NCBI GenBank assembly: GCA_024278135.1
Contig: JAJRTU010000113.1
Coordinates: forward strand, 1 to 58,161
Length of the DNA: 58,161 nt
Reading direction: 5' to 3'
DNA from: Gammaproteobacteria bacterium
GTDB lineage: Bacteria > Pseudomonadota > Gammaproteobacteria > Eutrophobiales > Eutrophobiaceae
Below, one piece after another: positions 20,001-29,144 of this stretch. Both the position numbers and the translations under genes were made by a program. Under the pieces are notes generated by a model. It searched no databases, was not told where the DNA came from, and saw only the letters and a program-made list of their open reading frames with translations. Each line of letters opens with the position of its first letter. The stretch's first letter is position 1.

Positions 20001-21310
20001 TCGAGCATATCCAGCAGTTCCGGTGTCACTGTCGCCAAATCGGTGTAAGGGATATTCACTATCTCTGATACGTTTTCGTATCCATACATTTTTGCATACT
20101 GTTCGTTACACTCAATAATGGAGGCATGCTGAATCATCAGTTCGACCTGCTCCTTTACCGGCAGATCGGTCGGAATACCCTGCCTGTATCGGGTCAATCT
20201 TATACCGGCAAGACTACCCTCCACCAGTGAGCGGTAACGCTCTTCACTTTGCCGAAGTGCCATCTCCACCTGCTTGCGCTCGGTAATATCGAGAATAATG
20301 GCAACACAAGACGATTGTGATTGATAGGACAACAGTTGCAGGTAAATTTCGACGGAATAGCATGAACCATCCTTGCGTTCATGAATGGCTTCAAAATTGA
20401 CTTTTTCCTGTCGATCTGTCAGCAGCGGTTCAATTTTCTCCCTGAAGACTTCTTCCGTGAGCGTTGGCTTGATATCCAGCGGCGTCATCTCGCGCAGTTC
20501 CTCCATGGAATAACCCAGATTGTTTCTTGCTCCCTTGTTGACCTCCAGAAACTTCAGGCTGTCTGCAGCAAAAATATAAATCTCGTTTAATGATTCATCG
20601 ATTATCCGGCCAAGTGCCCTCTCTCTGATCTCCACTTGCTTGCGGTCAGTGATGTCTATGACAACAGACAAAGACTGGATCAACTTGCCGTTTTCAACAG
20701 TGCCCTGGGCATTATTTAAAAAATACTTCACTGTGCCATCGGGCAAGGTTTCCCGCACTTCCACATCCCTTGATGTATAGCCGTTACGCACATAAGATTC
20801 GAGTGTCTCCACCAACTCCGGCGTCATTTTCAATAATGCGGTGAGAGAGTTGCCTATTACATCTGCGGTTCGGGTATACCCGTACATTCTCGCAAACTGC
20901 TCGTTACACTCAACAATGGTTGTATTCTGGATGATCAAGCGGATCTGTTCTTCTACCGGTAGATCGACCGGTATTCCCGAACCGAAGGTGTTCCACCTGA
21001 TACCGGTCACGCTGTTCTCCACGAGGGAACGATAACGCCTTTCAATATCCTGCAAAGCATCATCCGTGCGTTGACAGCGATTCAGCAGCAGACCTCCCAG
21101 ATAACCAAAAATAATAAATAATGCGGAGATGATGGAGCGCATGTACATCTCATGGGCGCTCGGTTGCGTGAATTGCTGGTAGAAGCTCCCTTCCTGCAGC
21201 AGTACGACGTTGATGACAGGGCCAATCACCCAAACGAAAAGCGCCAGCACCAAACCCGTCAGGAAAAGAAAAGACCTTAGTGGTTTCAGCAAAATCGAAG
21301 TAGACATCAT
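17015..21310 (-). CDS. Membrane histidine kinase with about 7 PAS domains, GAF, HisKA and HATPase
   Basis: Two N-terminal TM segments, seven PAC-type ends (DITERK-like), GAF, IAHELRNPL, NLLVNA, DTGAG, FTTKAKGTGLGL. Start at ATG 21310 after a TAAGGA RBS. Confidence 0.92.
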   Translation of the reverse strand: MMSTSILLKPLRSFLFLTGLVLALFVWVIGPVINVVLLQEGSFYQQFTQPSAHEMYMRSIISALFIIFGYLGGLLLNRCQRTDDALQDIERRYRSLVENSVTGIRWNTFGSGIPVDLPVEEQIRLIIQNTTIVECNEQFARMYGYTRTADVIGNSLTALLKMTPELVETLESYVRNGYTSRDVEVRETLPDGTVKYFLNNAQGTVENGKLIQSLSVVIDITDRKQVEIRERALGRIIDESLNEIYIFAADSLKFLEVNKGARNNLGYSMEELREMTPLDIKPTLTEEVFREKIEPLLTDRQEKVNFEAIHERKDGSCYSVEIYLQLLSYQSQSSCVAIILDITERKQVEMALRQSEERYRSLVEGSLAGIRLTRYRQGIPTDLPVKEQVELMIQHASIIECNEQYAKMYGYENVSEIVNIPYTDLATVTPELLDMLESFVKGGYMLEDTESREVLSDGSVKYFLNTARGTVENGKLIQTWGVVNDTTERKRAEQALGESEEKYRVLFEKSADAILIIDDGKFVDCNQAAVEMLCYASKNEFLNCQPYQLSPPKQVDGRSSLEKADEMMSIALEQGSHRFEWMHLRKNGEIFPAEVLLTAVPVRGKKILHCVWRDITERKWAEKELRESEEKLSKIFDATLQGVGISRLRDGQLVYVNPGLAKLVNLPMKDVSSMTTMDFWVNLKDRMTLIKKLRENGQVANFETRLRSMDGKIFPVFISASLVEVDGEECMVALINDITERKQMEDALRESENLYRSLVENSFQGIRWYKIEPGVPIDLPVDEQVELLTKRATVGECNDQYARMYGYRQAEDVIGTHSVALKKKTPALLEMIEAYVANNYVLKATESCEILSDGTEKYFLNTEIGTVENGKLTRSWGVVNDITERKQAEKTVAKRESQLIESQKIARLGSWEMSLISQKLEWSEEAYRLFDKDPYSFSPGFDAFIRMVHPDDVERWQNAFNEAMENGDKPYSVVVRIINDSGREWVMKSIGQVYRDEKNNVVRFGGTLQDITEHKRLEKLMRYVAEGVMGETGEEFLQSLVRHVAIGFDVEYAFIGLLAGEDKSRIQTIAVSARGENVDNFSYDLEGTPCKNIISGGPCIHPRDVQAKFPDDLLLVKMGVDSYAASPLRNPDGESIGLLVVLDSGEIEQTEAMMAILQLFAIRTAAELQRFEAERQVNIAHQQLVEQKRGETEQVQKELDRLKEKLVTQTRLAAVGQVAASIAHELRNPLGAVRNAAYYMNRRLIGDNPKIAKYLDIIDQEIDVSDRIISNLLEMTRAKEPVKQKVNLGSVVAEGIERVKPADTIRCHLQFEEEPFVVNVDPAQLRQVLDNLLVNALQSIEAEGDIFIRGQRADGMDIITVQDTGAGIDAEQQTRLFEPLFTTKAKGTGLGLTISRQIIEKNGGTLEYVEQDGRGAMFRIKLPQRTNSSST
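18650..21037 (-). repeat. Three diverged intragenic copies of a ~402-bp (134-aa) PAS-variant unit
   Basis: Copies at about 20636-21037, 19838-20239 and 18650-19051 share YRSLVE-S--GIR, PxDLPVxEQ, ECNxQxAxMYGY, DGxxKYFLN and GTVENGKL. Confidence 0.8.
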
Positions 21311-21463
21311 GGGTTCCTTATAGCTGCCTATTTCCCGAACTCCAGGAGTATTAGTAGACAAAATATAGCGAATTTGTGGTGACAACGATAGTTTTTCCAT
21401 GGATAGAGGCTGGAAACTCCTGCCGCGCTCCAGAAAAAAGAAGACTTATCGGAACAGAAACAA

Positions 21464-23617
21464 CTAATTCGCCGACATTGAAGCAACCACTCGGAAAGGT
21501 TTTACCTTGCTTTGCACGGCTTTTCCGATTCCCATTGTCAGTAAGGATTCAAACTCCTCACCAGGCAAGGGTGGACTGGCCAAAAACCCCTGATATTCAT
21601 CACTGCCAAACTTTTCCAGGAAACGTAAATGATCTTCCGTCTCCACACCTTCGGAGACCACATGTAGATCCAGACTCTTGGCCATCGCAATGATCAATTT
21701 TGCCAGCTCGCCATTTTCCCCCCGGGCATTGATATCCTTTATGAAGGCCCGATCTATCTTCAAGGTATCGATTGGCATTTTGTCCAGATAACTCAGCGAG
21801 GAATAACCTGTACCGAAGTCATCAATGGATACCCTGACTCCCAGTGCCCGTACGTCATTCAGTATCTGAATCGTTTCATCAATATTATGCATCATGCAAC
21901 TCTCGGTCACTTCAAGTTCCAGACAACGGGGTTCCAGTCCGCTCCCTTTTAAGACTGACTTGACAATACTGACAAAAGTTTTCTGCCGGAATTGCATGGG
22001 AGACACATTGACGCTGACGCTCAATTGAGCGTAGCCCATACGATGCCATTCCGCCGTTTTTTGACAGGCTTCTTCCAGCACCCACCTGCCTATTCTCACG
22101 ATAATACCGGTTTCTTCTGCTATCGGAATAAAATCGAAGGGCGGTACCAGCCCACGTTCGGGGTGTTGCCACCTTACCAGGGCTTCCATACCCACTATCG
22201 TATCGGTTTTAATATCGACTTTAGGCTGGTAGTAGACCCGTAACTCGCTGTTATCCAGCGCTTTACGCAACTCATTTTCCAGCAACAATGACTGCAGAGA
22301 ACGAAGACGTATCTCCGAGGTGTAAAAACAATACTGATTTCCACCTCGTTCTTTTGCGTAGTACATCGCCTGATCAGCCTGCTGAATCAACTCATCAACA
22401 TCACTGCCATTCAACGGCGACATGGTCACACCTATGCTCGCTGTGCTGACCAGTTCGTTTCCTTCCAGAATATGCGGTCTGGCAAGTTCTTCGACCAGTT
22501 TCGCTGCAATCTTACAGGCATCTTCTCGCGAATTTATGTTCTCTGCGATAACAGCGAATTCATCCCCGCCGAGCCTGGCCAGCGTCTCTGTTTTTCGCAG
22601 GACGGTACTCATACGCTCGGCAACGGACCGGAGAAAGGCATCTCCGATCAAATGTCCCAGCGTATCATTAATATTTTTGAAACGATCAAAGTCAATAAAA
22701 AATATCGCCAGTTCACCGGGTTGACGCGTCAGGATATCCATGGCGTGACCCAGACGATCATGGAACAACATTCTGTTTGGTAAATCCGTCAGGTTGTCGT
22801 AATACGCCTGATGCGTGATCGTCTGTTGCGCAATATGCCGTTCGGTAATATCCTGGGCAACGCCCATCATGCGTATGGCCTTGCCACTGTCATCATTGAT
22901 CACTTCAGCATGCTCATGAACAACCAGTAATTTATCTTCCGGATGTCTCAGCCGGTGATCAATGTTAAACACCGTACCGAATTGCAGGGATTCGTTCAGA
23001 GCACGTTCCACTTTTTCCACATCATCAGGATGAATTCGGGCCATGAATGACTCATAGGTATTGTCAAAGCTGTCTTTTGAGACGGAAAATATTGTGTAAA
23101 CCTCATCTGACCAGTAAAAATTATCACTTTTGATATTCCAGTCCCAATAACCCAGCTTGGCCACCTTGTGGGCATGTTTCAGGCGAGACTGGTTTTGAAG
23201 AAGTTCCAGGCTCTTGTCTCTTTCAATGAGTGCATGTCGTACCCGTTGTTTGAATATCGGCAGATTGACCGGCTTGATGATAAAATCCGTTGCGCCGACG
23301 CTGAATGACTGCTCTATTGACTCCACATCATCCTTTGCTGTCAACATCAATATCGGTGTGGAAGTGGCCCCATCCTGTTTCTTTATGCTCTCACAGACGT
23401 CAATACCTGTCATTTTCGGCATCATCACATCCAGAATCAGCAGGTCCGGAGCCAGAGACTGATACAATTGCAAAGCAGCTTCACCGTCATCGGCCGTTTC
23501 GACATCATATCCTTCCTGCAGCAGAACGGTTTTCAGATACATCCTGATAACAGGATCATCGTCCACCACCAAGATTAGCGGTTTTCCCTTTTCCGGTACT
23601 TCAGTGCTGATGTGCAT
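21464..23617 (-). CDS. REC-PAS-GGDEF-EAL protein
   Basis: LVVDDD...ILDVMMP, PAS_3-like IHPDD, ARLGGDEF (I-site degenerate, RKTE), EALVR, EVTE, DDFGTGYSSL. Confidence 0.93.
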   Translation of the reverse strand: MHISTEVPEKGKPLILVVDDDPVIRMYLKTVLLQEGYDVETADDGEAALQLYQSLAPDLLILDVMMPKMTGIDVCESIKKQDGATSTPILMLTAKDDVESIEQSFSVGATDFIIKPVNLPIFKQRVRHALIERDKSLELLQNQSRLKHAHKVAKLGYWDWNIKSDNFYWSDEVYTIFSVSKDSFDNTYESFMARIHPDDVEKVERALNESLQFGTVFNIDHRLRHPEDKLLVVHEHAEVINDDSGKAIRMMGVAQDITERHIAQQTITHQAYYDNLTDLPNRMLFHDRLGHAMDILTRQPGELAIFFIDFDRFKNINDTLGHLIGDAFLRSVAERMSTVLRKTETLARLGGDEFAVIAENINSREDACKIAAKLVEELARPHILEGNELVSTASIGVTMSPLNGSDVDELIQQADQAMYYAKERGGNQYCFYTSEIRLRSLQSLLLENELRKALDNSELRVYYQPKVDIKTDTIVGMEALVRWQHPERGLVPPFDFIPIAEETGIIVRIGRWVLEEACQKTAEWHRMGYAQLSVSVNVSPMQFRQKTFVSIVKSVLKGSGLEPRCLELEVTESCMMHNIDETIQILNDVRALGVRVSIDDFGTGYSSLSYLDKMPIDTLKIDRAFIKDINARGENGELAKLIIAMAKSLDLHVVSEGVETEDHLRFLEKFGSDEYQGFLASPPLPGEEFESLLTMGIGKAVQSKVKPFRVVASMSAN

Positions 23618-26600
23618 ATTTTGCTCCGTTTGATTCCTGATTGAGCGCGTCTATCGTTTGATGAAAGACTGCTGTAATGCAATCAACCAGTTCGTGAATA
23701 TTTTCCACCTCACTGTTTCGACACCTGTTCTCCGCCTCGGTACACAGTTCAAACAGATGCTGAAACCCTAATGTGCCGCTGCTGCCCTTCAACGCATGCA
23801 AGTTTTCCCTGAGCTTCGCGTAATCATGTGTTTGCAGATTTGTTTCGAATTCAGTGAGTTTCGTCAGACCTAAGGATATAAAAGTCTCTGTCAACATGGC
23901 CATATGCTCACCCATTGTGTCCTTTGTTTCTTCAAATTTTATCGTATCAATCAGAGGCCCTGACGATCTCTCTTCAGTGATTTCAGACTGATGGCGCACA
24001 ACGGCCAACTCATCAACAGTTTGTAGTGATGTGTCCGATACCGGATCCCGGGCTGTTGCTGCCGTATCTGCAGGCAACCATTTTGCCAGCGTGGCGTGCA
24101 GTGATGTCAAAGTATAGGGTTTCGCCAGGTAATCATCCATACCGGCTGACAGACAGTCTTCTCGATCCCCTTCCATGGCATTCGCCGTTAACGCCACAAT
24201 TGTCTGTCTGGCCGACTGGCCCTTTTTTTCCTGCTCACGTATTTCCCGGGTGGCGGCAAAACCATCCATGACAGGCATTTGACAATCCATCAAAACAAGG
24301 TCGAAGTGCCCTCTGTTCAGCGCCTCCAGGGCTTGTACACCGTCGCCTGCGGTTTCGCAGCTTAAGCCGAGGCGGGACAACATCTCACAACAGACATGCT
24401 GGTTAACGAGGTTGTCATCCACAAAAAGTATGCTGCCTGTCAATTGCCCCACTGTCGCCGGCTCTGTCTCTGCTTCAGCGCCAACACTTTCACTGTTGTC
24501 CATGACCGTTGCTATTGCATCGAAAAGCACTCGCTGCCACACAGGTTTGCTCAGTACCATATCCACGTCCACGCGGGTTATATCATCAGGCACCCCCATT
24601 GAAGTGAGTAAAATTATTTTGACCTCTCCCAAATCCTCTATTTCGCGAACCCCGGCGGCGAATTCCAGACTGTCGACACCCGGCATCTGCATATCAAGCA
24701 GCAGTAAATCGAACGGCAAGCCCTTCCGGGCCGCGAGTTGCAATTTTTCGAAGGCCTGTTCATGGGTGGTGGCGCTGTCGTGCTTCAATACCTGATTTTG
24801 CAGGTATTGGTCTATGACGAAACAGTTGGTTTCGTTGTCATCAATCGTGAGCACACGAATATTGCCAATTGATAATGTGTGAAGCTGTTCTTTCGGGGAG
24901 ACGAGAAAAGGCAGTTCAAACCAGAACGTCGTACCTTTATCCGGGATACTGTTTAAACCGATATCTCCTCCCATCATCTGTACCAGTTGTTTTGAAATAG
25001 TCAGCCCCAGACCGGTTCCACCGTACTGCCGACTTGTCGACGTGTCGGCCTGGTTGAAAGCCTCAAACAGTTTTTGCTGCTTTTCGGCTGGAATCCCAAT
25101 ACCGGTATCTCTTATTTCAAAACGGAATAACTGCTCTGTCTCACTTTTTTCGGTGGCTGAAATACTGACCGCAATTTCTCCGGCATGCGTGAATTTGATG
25201 GCATTGCTGGTTAAATTTGACATGATTTGCTGCAAACGCATGACGTCCCCGGTCACGGAAGTATTCACATCAGGTGGAATCAAACACGATAACTCCAGAC
25301 CTTTTTCATGTGCCTGTCCGGCGAACAATGTAATGGTGTCCTGAATGGACTTGCCCAGATCAAAATCAATGGATTCTATTCTCAGCTTCCCTGATTCAAT
25401 TTTGGATATATCCAGGATGTCGTTTATCACTGTCAGCAACATGTTTGCCGAGCTATGTGCGACTTTCACATAGTTATTCGCTTTTTCACTCAAAGCTGAA
25501 CCTGCCAGCAGTTCCAGCATTCCCAGCACGCCGTTCATTGGTGTTCGAATTTCATGACTCATATTCGCCAGGAAATCCGCCTTGACTCTGGCAGCCTCTT
25601 CGGCATGTATTTTAGCCTGCTGCAGTTTTTCCTGTATTCGCTCATTGGCTATCGCCAGGCCAATTATCTCACCGATGAAACCCAGCACTTCCAGTCGCGA
25701 TGACTCCCGTGAAGGATAGGGATCGGTATACATAAATAATACACCCAGTACTTTACCAACGTTTTTAAGAGGCACAATGTAGTGACCGTGCGGGGTCATA
25801 CCGACAAAATTATGCTCGTGTCGTGGGTCACTGAAGCAATCATCCGAAATAATCAACTGCCCCGACAGGGCGACACGGCCGCACAGACAGCTGCCCAGTT
25901 TCACACATTTTTCACGAGATAAAAATTCATCCGTATACTCGCCGTGAGTTTCATACATCTCTAATTGACATGCACCCTCGGGAAGCAAAAACACACCCAG
26001 CTTGTTCTGAAGTTTAAGCCCGTGGAATCCAGCCAGGATCGTCAGAACGGATTTTATTCTACTTTTCAACGGGTCCTGCTCCTGGAGTTGTTGCGATACT
26101 TTGGCGCGTATCAGGGCGTCTTCCCGCTCACGAATACTTTTTTGCTCCAGCTGTTTTTGCTGTGTGATATCAGTAAGAATGGAAAAATATTGATAAGGCT
26201 TGCCGGTATTGTCCAAAAAAGGAACAATCGTCGCATTCACCCAATACAGGGAAGCATCCCTGGCTTTATTCATTATTTCACCGTGCCAGACTTTACCGCT
26301 GGAAATGGTCTGCCGCATACCGTCATAATATTCGTCAGAATGTTTCCCCGAGTTGATTATCCGATGATCACTGCCAATTAATTCTTCCCGGGAGTACTGA
26401 CTTACCTCGACAAATTTGTCATTGACATAAGTGATTTTCCCGTCAACATCCGCAATACTGACAACAGCATGCTGATCCAGGGCATATTGATGGGATTGCA
26501 GAGTATGTTCACGAAATTCCGATTCCAGTCTTAACAGGATGTTATCGGTATAATTTCTGTTCAGACGTCTGGCGCTGCCCAACAGGAAAAGAAAATAACC

Positions 26601-27155
26601 AAACATCAACGCCGCCAACAGAAGGGAAAACTCGGATCCTTCAAGTGGTAAACGTATCCAGGCGGGCATAAATGTAAGTACCAGAAAGCTTGTGATCATC
26701 CGCATATTGAATGACAAGGTTGACATCGCTGCAGAGGCGATTCCGGTCAACACCAGTGACAGGAATGCCTGATACTCCAGATTGTCAGCCGGAAATAACA
26801 TCCAGAAAGACAGACCCCAGATAATGGCTGCTGACAAAGTACCTGCTGCAAAGCGGTATAACCATTTTCCCGGGGATTCACCATGTTCAACAGCTTTAAA
26901 ATACTGTCTGGCGTCAAGCACCCGGCCCAGATGGATGAGCACCATCAGTATCAGCCAGGCATTGGCCGCTGACGGATCGGCCGCTTTGTCAAACAATACA
27001 AAATATATCATCGCCGACAACACGATAGTGGCCACACCGATAGTCGGTATACTCCGATACAGCGTATTGATCTGTTCTTCCTGGAGAGAGGCCAACGCCG
27101 CCTTATTCCTGTTTGATACCAATGATTTGCCCCTTTTTTTAAAAACGTAAGACAT
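23601..27155 (-). CDS. Hybrid histidine kinase (multi-TM, PAS, GAF, HisKA, HATPase, 2 REC, HPt)
   Basis: FLANMSHEIRTPMNG, NLTSNAIKFT, YGGTGLGL, LLDMQMP, LMDCQMP, HALKGSS. Start uncertain (ATG 27155 chosen; track gives 27245). Confidence 0.92.
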   Translation of the reverse strand: MSYVFKKRGKSLVSNRNKAALASLQEEQINTLYRSIPTIGVATIVLSAMIYFVLFDKAADPSAANAWLILMVLIHLGRVLDARQYFKAVEHGESPGKWLYRFAAGTLSAAIIWGLSFWMLFPADNLEYQAFLSLVLTGIASAAMSTLSFNMRMITSFLVLTFMPAWIRLPLEGSEFSLLLAALMFGYFLFLLGSARRLNRNYTDNILLRLESEFREHTLQSHQYALDQHAVVSIADVDGKITYVNDKFVEVSQYSREELIGSDHRIINSGKHSDEYYDGMRQTISSGKVWHGEIMNKARDASLYWVNATIVPFLDNTGKPYQYFSILTDITQQKQLEQKSIREREDALIRAKVSQQLQEQDPLKSRIKSVLTILAGFHGLKLQNKLGVFLLPEGACQLEMYETHGEYTDEFLSREKCVKLGSCLCGRVALSGQLIISDDCFSDPRHEHNFVGMTPHGHYIVPLKNVGKVLGVLFMYTDPYPSRESSRLEVLGFIGEIIGLAIANERIQEKLQQAKIHAEEAARVKADFLANMSHEIRTPMNGVLGMLELLAGSALSEKANNYVKVAHSSANMLLTVINDILDISKIESGKLRIESIDFDLGKSIQDTITLFAGQAHEKGLELSCLIPPDVNTSVTGDVMRLQQIMSNLTSNAIKFTHAGEIAVSISATEKSETEQLFRFEIRDTGIGIPAEKQQKLFEAFNQADTSTSRQYGGTGLGLTISKQLVQMMGGDIGLNSIPDKGTTFWFELPFLVSPKEQLHTLSIGNIRVLTIDDNETNCFVIDQYLQNQVLKHDSATTHEQAFEKLQLAARKGLPFDLLLLDMQMPGVDSLEFAAGVREIEDLGEVKIILLTSMGVPDDITRVDVDMVLSKPVWQRVLFDAIATVMDNSESVGAEAETEPATVGQLTGSILFVDDNLVNQHVCCEMLSRLGLSCETAGDGVQALEALNRGHFDLVLMDCQMPVMDGFAATREIREQEKKGQSARQTIVALTANAMEGDREDCLSAGMDDYLAKPYTLTSLHATLAKWLPADTAATARDPVSDTSLQTVDELAVVRHQSEITEERSSGPLIDTIKFEETKDTMGEHMAMLTETFISLGLTKLTEFETNLQTHDYAKLRENLHALKGSSGTLGFQHLFELCTEAENRCRNSEVENIHELVDCITAVFHQTIDALNQESNGAKYAHQH

Positions 27156-27305
27156 GTCGCCTGCTGTAAACAGCCCTTCATTCCAGGTATAGTTGTTGTC
27201 AGCCTGCGGTATCCGTCCCCGTAGGGTCGACCTTGTTACATGCACAGTCCGGCTGTCACAATTCGTAAGATATTCATTACCTTATGCCGCTATGAATCAT
27301 TTAAT

Positions 27306-27332
27306 GTATCGACATCTGTCGAACTTACTTTA
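27306..27332 (-). promoter_or_regulatory. sigma28 (FliA)-like promoter upstream of the signalling cluster
   Basis: Minus strand reads TAAA-GTAAGTTCGACAGAT (15 nt)-GTCGATAC, against consensus TAAA-N15-GCCGATAA. Confidence 0.55.
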
Positions 27333-27723
27333 CTGCCCGGAGAGACTGTCCGCGAACGTACTCGACTGACAGGTCGACGTATCAGGAAGTATTGTAGTTA
27401 AAAATCCGTATGTTGTTGTTTTTAAGCCAGTAAATATATTCTCATATCAAAAATAAATGTCGCTGACATCTGCGGGTATATTGATGAGGCATCAAGCGAT
27501 AAACCCTCTGTCCGATTTTTCTCAGCCTCAGGACAGGGACACAGGTCAGGAATACGAACGGTAAAAATTTTCGAACGCATCCGGGTCTGACGGCTTTTCA
27601 ACTCGCGGATGTAAAATAGTGGTGTCACCAATATGGTTTTAGTGGGTAGAATTCGTTCCGTGTTCGGATCACATTGAGCCGCTGCCGTTATTCATATTTT
27701 GTTGCTGTTATCTGGAGGGCCGG

Positions 27724-28671
27724 ATGGAATATAAAGATTATTACAAAATCATGGGGATTGCGCGTGATGCGACACAGGATGAAGTGAAACGCGCCTATCG
27801 TAAGCTGGCGCGCAAATATCATCCTGATGTGAGCAAGGAAACGGATGCGGAAAAAAAATTCAAGGAAGTGGGGGAGGCCTATGAAGTATTGAAAGATCCT
27901 GAAAAACGTGCCGCCTATGATCAGCTTGGTGCAAACTGGCAGAATGGACAGGACTTCCGGCCACCACCTGACTGGGATGACGGTTTTGAGTTCAGCGGTG
28001 GTGATCCCAATATGGACCCTGCTGCTTTCAGTGACTTCTTCGACTCATTGTTCGGCCATAATTTTCGATCGGCCGGAGTGAATAAAAGGCACGACCGCTT
28101 CCAGTCGCGCGGCGAAGACCACCACGCCAGAGTACTGATTAACATTGAAGACAGTTACCGGGGGGTGGAACAGCATATTGTCCTGAAAACACCGGAAGTC
28201 GATGCCAGTGGGCATGTCAGGCTGAAAGAACGCAGCCTCAATGTGAAAATTCCCAAAGGCATTAAACAGGGGCAGCAAATTCGCCTGAGCGGACAGGGCG
28301 CAGCCGGTATTGGCGGAGGTAAAACGGGGGATCTGTATCTGGAAATCGGCTTCAAACCACATCCCCTGTTTCGTGTTGAGGGCAGTGATGTCTATCTCGA
28401 CCTGCCCGTGACTCCCTGGGAAGCGGCGCTGGGCGGAAAAGTCAAAGTTCCGACACCGGACGGTACGGTGGAACTCAACATCCCGCCCAATACAAAAAAT
28501 GCTGGTAAATTACGCCTGAAAGGACGAGGTATCCCGGCAAAACCCGCCGGTGATCTGTATGTGACCCCGGTCATCACTTTGCCGCCGGCCAATACAAAAA
28601 ACGCCAGGGAACTCTATCAAAAAATGGAACGGGAGTTGTCGTTCAATCCACGCACAAAATTGGGGGTATAG
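27724..28671 (+). CDS. cbpA: Curved DNA-binding protein, DnaJ class B co-chaperone
   Basis: MEYKDYY J-domain with HPD, no zinc finger, DnaJ C-terminal domain (PWEAALG); GGAGG RBS; followed by cbpM. Confidence 0.92.
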   Translation: MEYKDYYKIMGIARDATQDEVKRAYRKLARKYHPDVSKETDAEKKFKEVGEAYEVLKDPEKRAAYDQLGANWQNGQDFRPPPDWDDGFEFSGGDPNMDPAAFSDFFDSLFGHNFRSAGVNKRHDRFQSRGEDHHARVLINIEDSYRGVEQHIVLKTPEVDASGHVRLKERSLNVKIPKGIKQGQQIRLSGQGAAGIGGGKTGDLYLEIGFKPHPLFRVEGSDVYLDLPVTPWEAALGGKVKVPTPDGTVELNIPPNTKNAGKLRLKGRGIPAKPAGDLYVTPVITLPPANTKNARELYQKMERELSFNPRTKLGV

Positions 28672-28675
28672 AGAG

Positions 28676-28969
28676 ATGACGGAACATATACATAGTGGCA
28701 TGCTGCTGGATGAACAAAATGAAATAAGCCTTGAAGAACTTATGCAGGCCTGTTCCTGTGACATTGAATGGGTCATTGAACTGGTGAATGAGGGTATTCT
28801 GGAGCCCATCGACAAAGACAGTCAGCAATGGTGTTTCAGCGGTGTCAGCTTGCTCAGAGCACACACCACCATGCGCCTGCAAAAGGATCTGGGTGTGAAT
28901 CTGGCAGGTGCAGCCCTGGCATTGGATTTGATGCTGGAAATCGAGACATTACGGGCCCGTATAAAATGA
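28676..28969 (+). CDS. cbpM: Chaperone modulator CbpM (MerR-like fold)
   Basis: ELVNEGILEP...RLQKDLGVNLAGAALALDL; directly after cbpA. Confidence 0.9.
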   Translation: MTEHIHSGMLLDEQNEISLEELMQACSCDIEWVIELVNEGILEPIDKDSQQWCFSGVSLLRAHTTMRLQKDLGVNLAGAALALDLMLEIETLRARIK

Positions 28970-29144
28970 TACTCAACAAGGCCTGAATACAGGCCTCAAC
29001 GAGAAACCAGCGTGCTTCATCGGCGCTGAAGCGAGCTGCTTTATCAAAAATTAGATACAATTTTCAGAATAATTGTGTACAATTTTTCTTCCGAACGTCC
29101 AGTCTTTACAGACTCCGTGGCAGGACAGTCAAATACGTCAATTT

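Noticed and set aside
21445-21475. Second sigma28 promoter (TCCGATAA on the minus strand) before the multi-PAS kinase
   Set aside because: No TAAA at 15-nt spacing.
27481-27495. FNR-like box TTGATGAGGCATCAA
   Set aside because: The spacer is 5 nt rather than the canonical 4, and it is far from both start codons.
28979-28996. AGGCCTG-AATA-CAGGCCT hairpin after cbpM as a terminator
   Set aside because: No U-tract follows; function unsupported.
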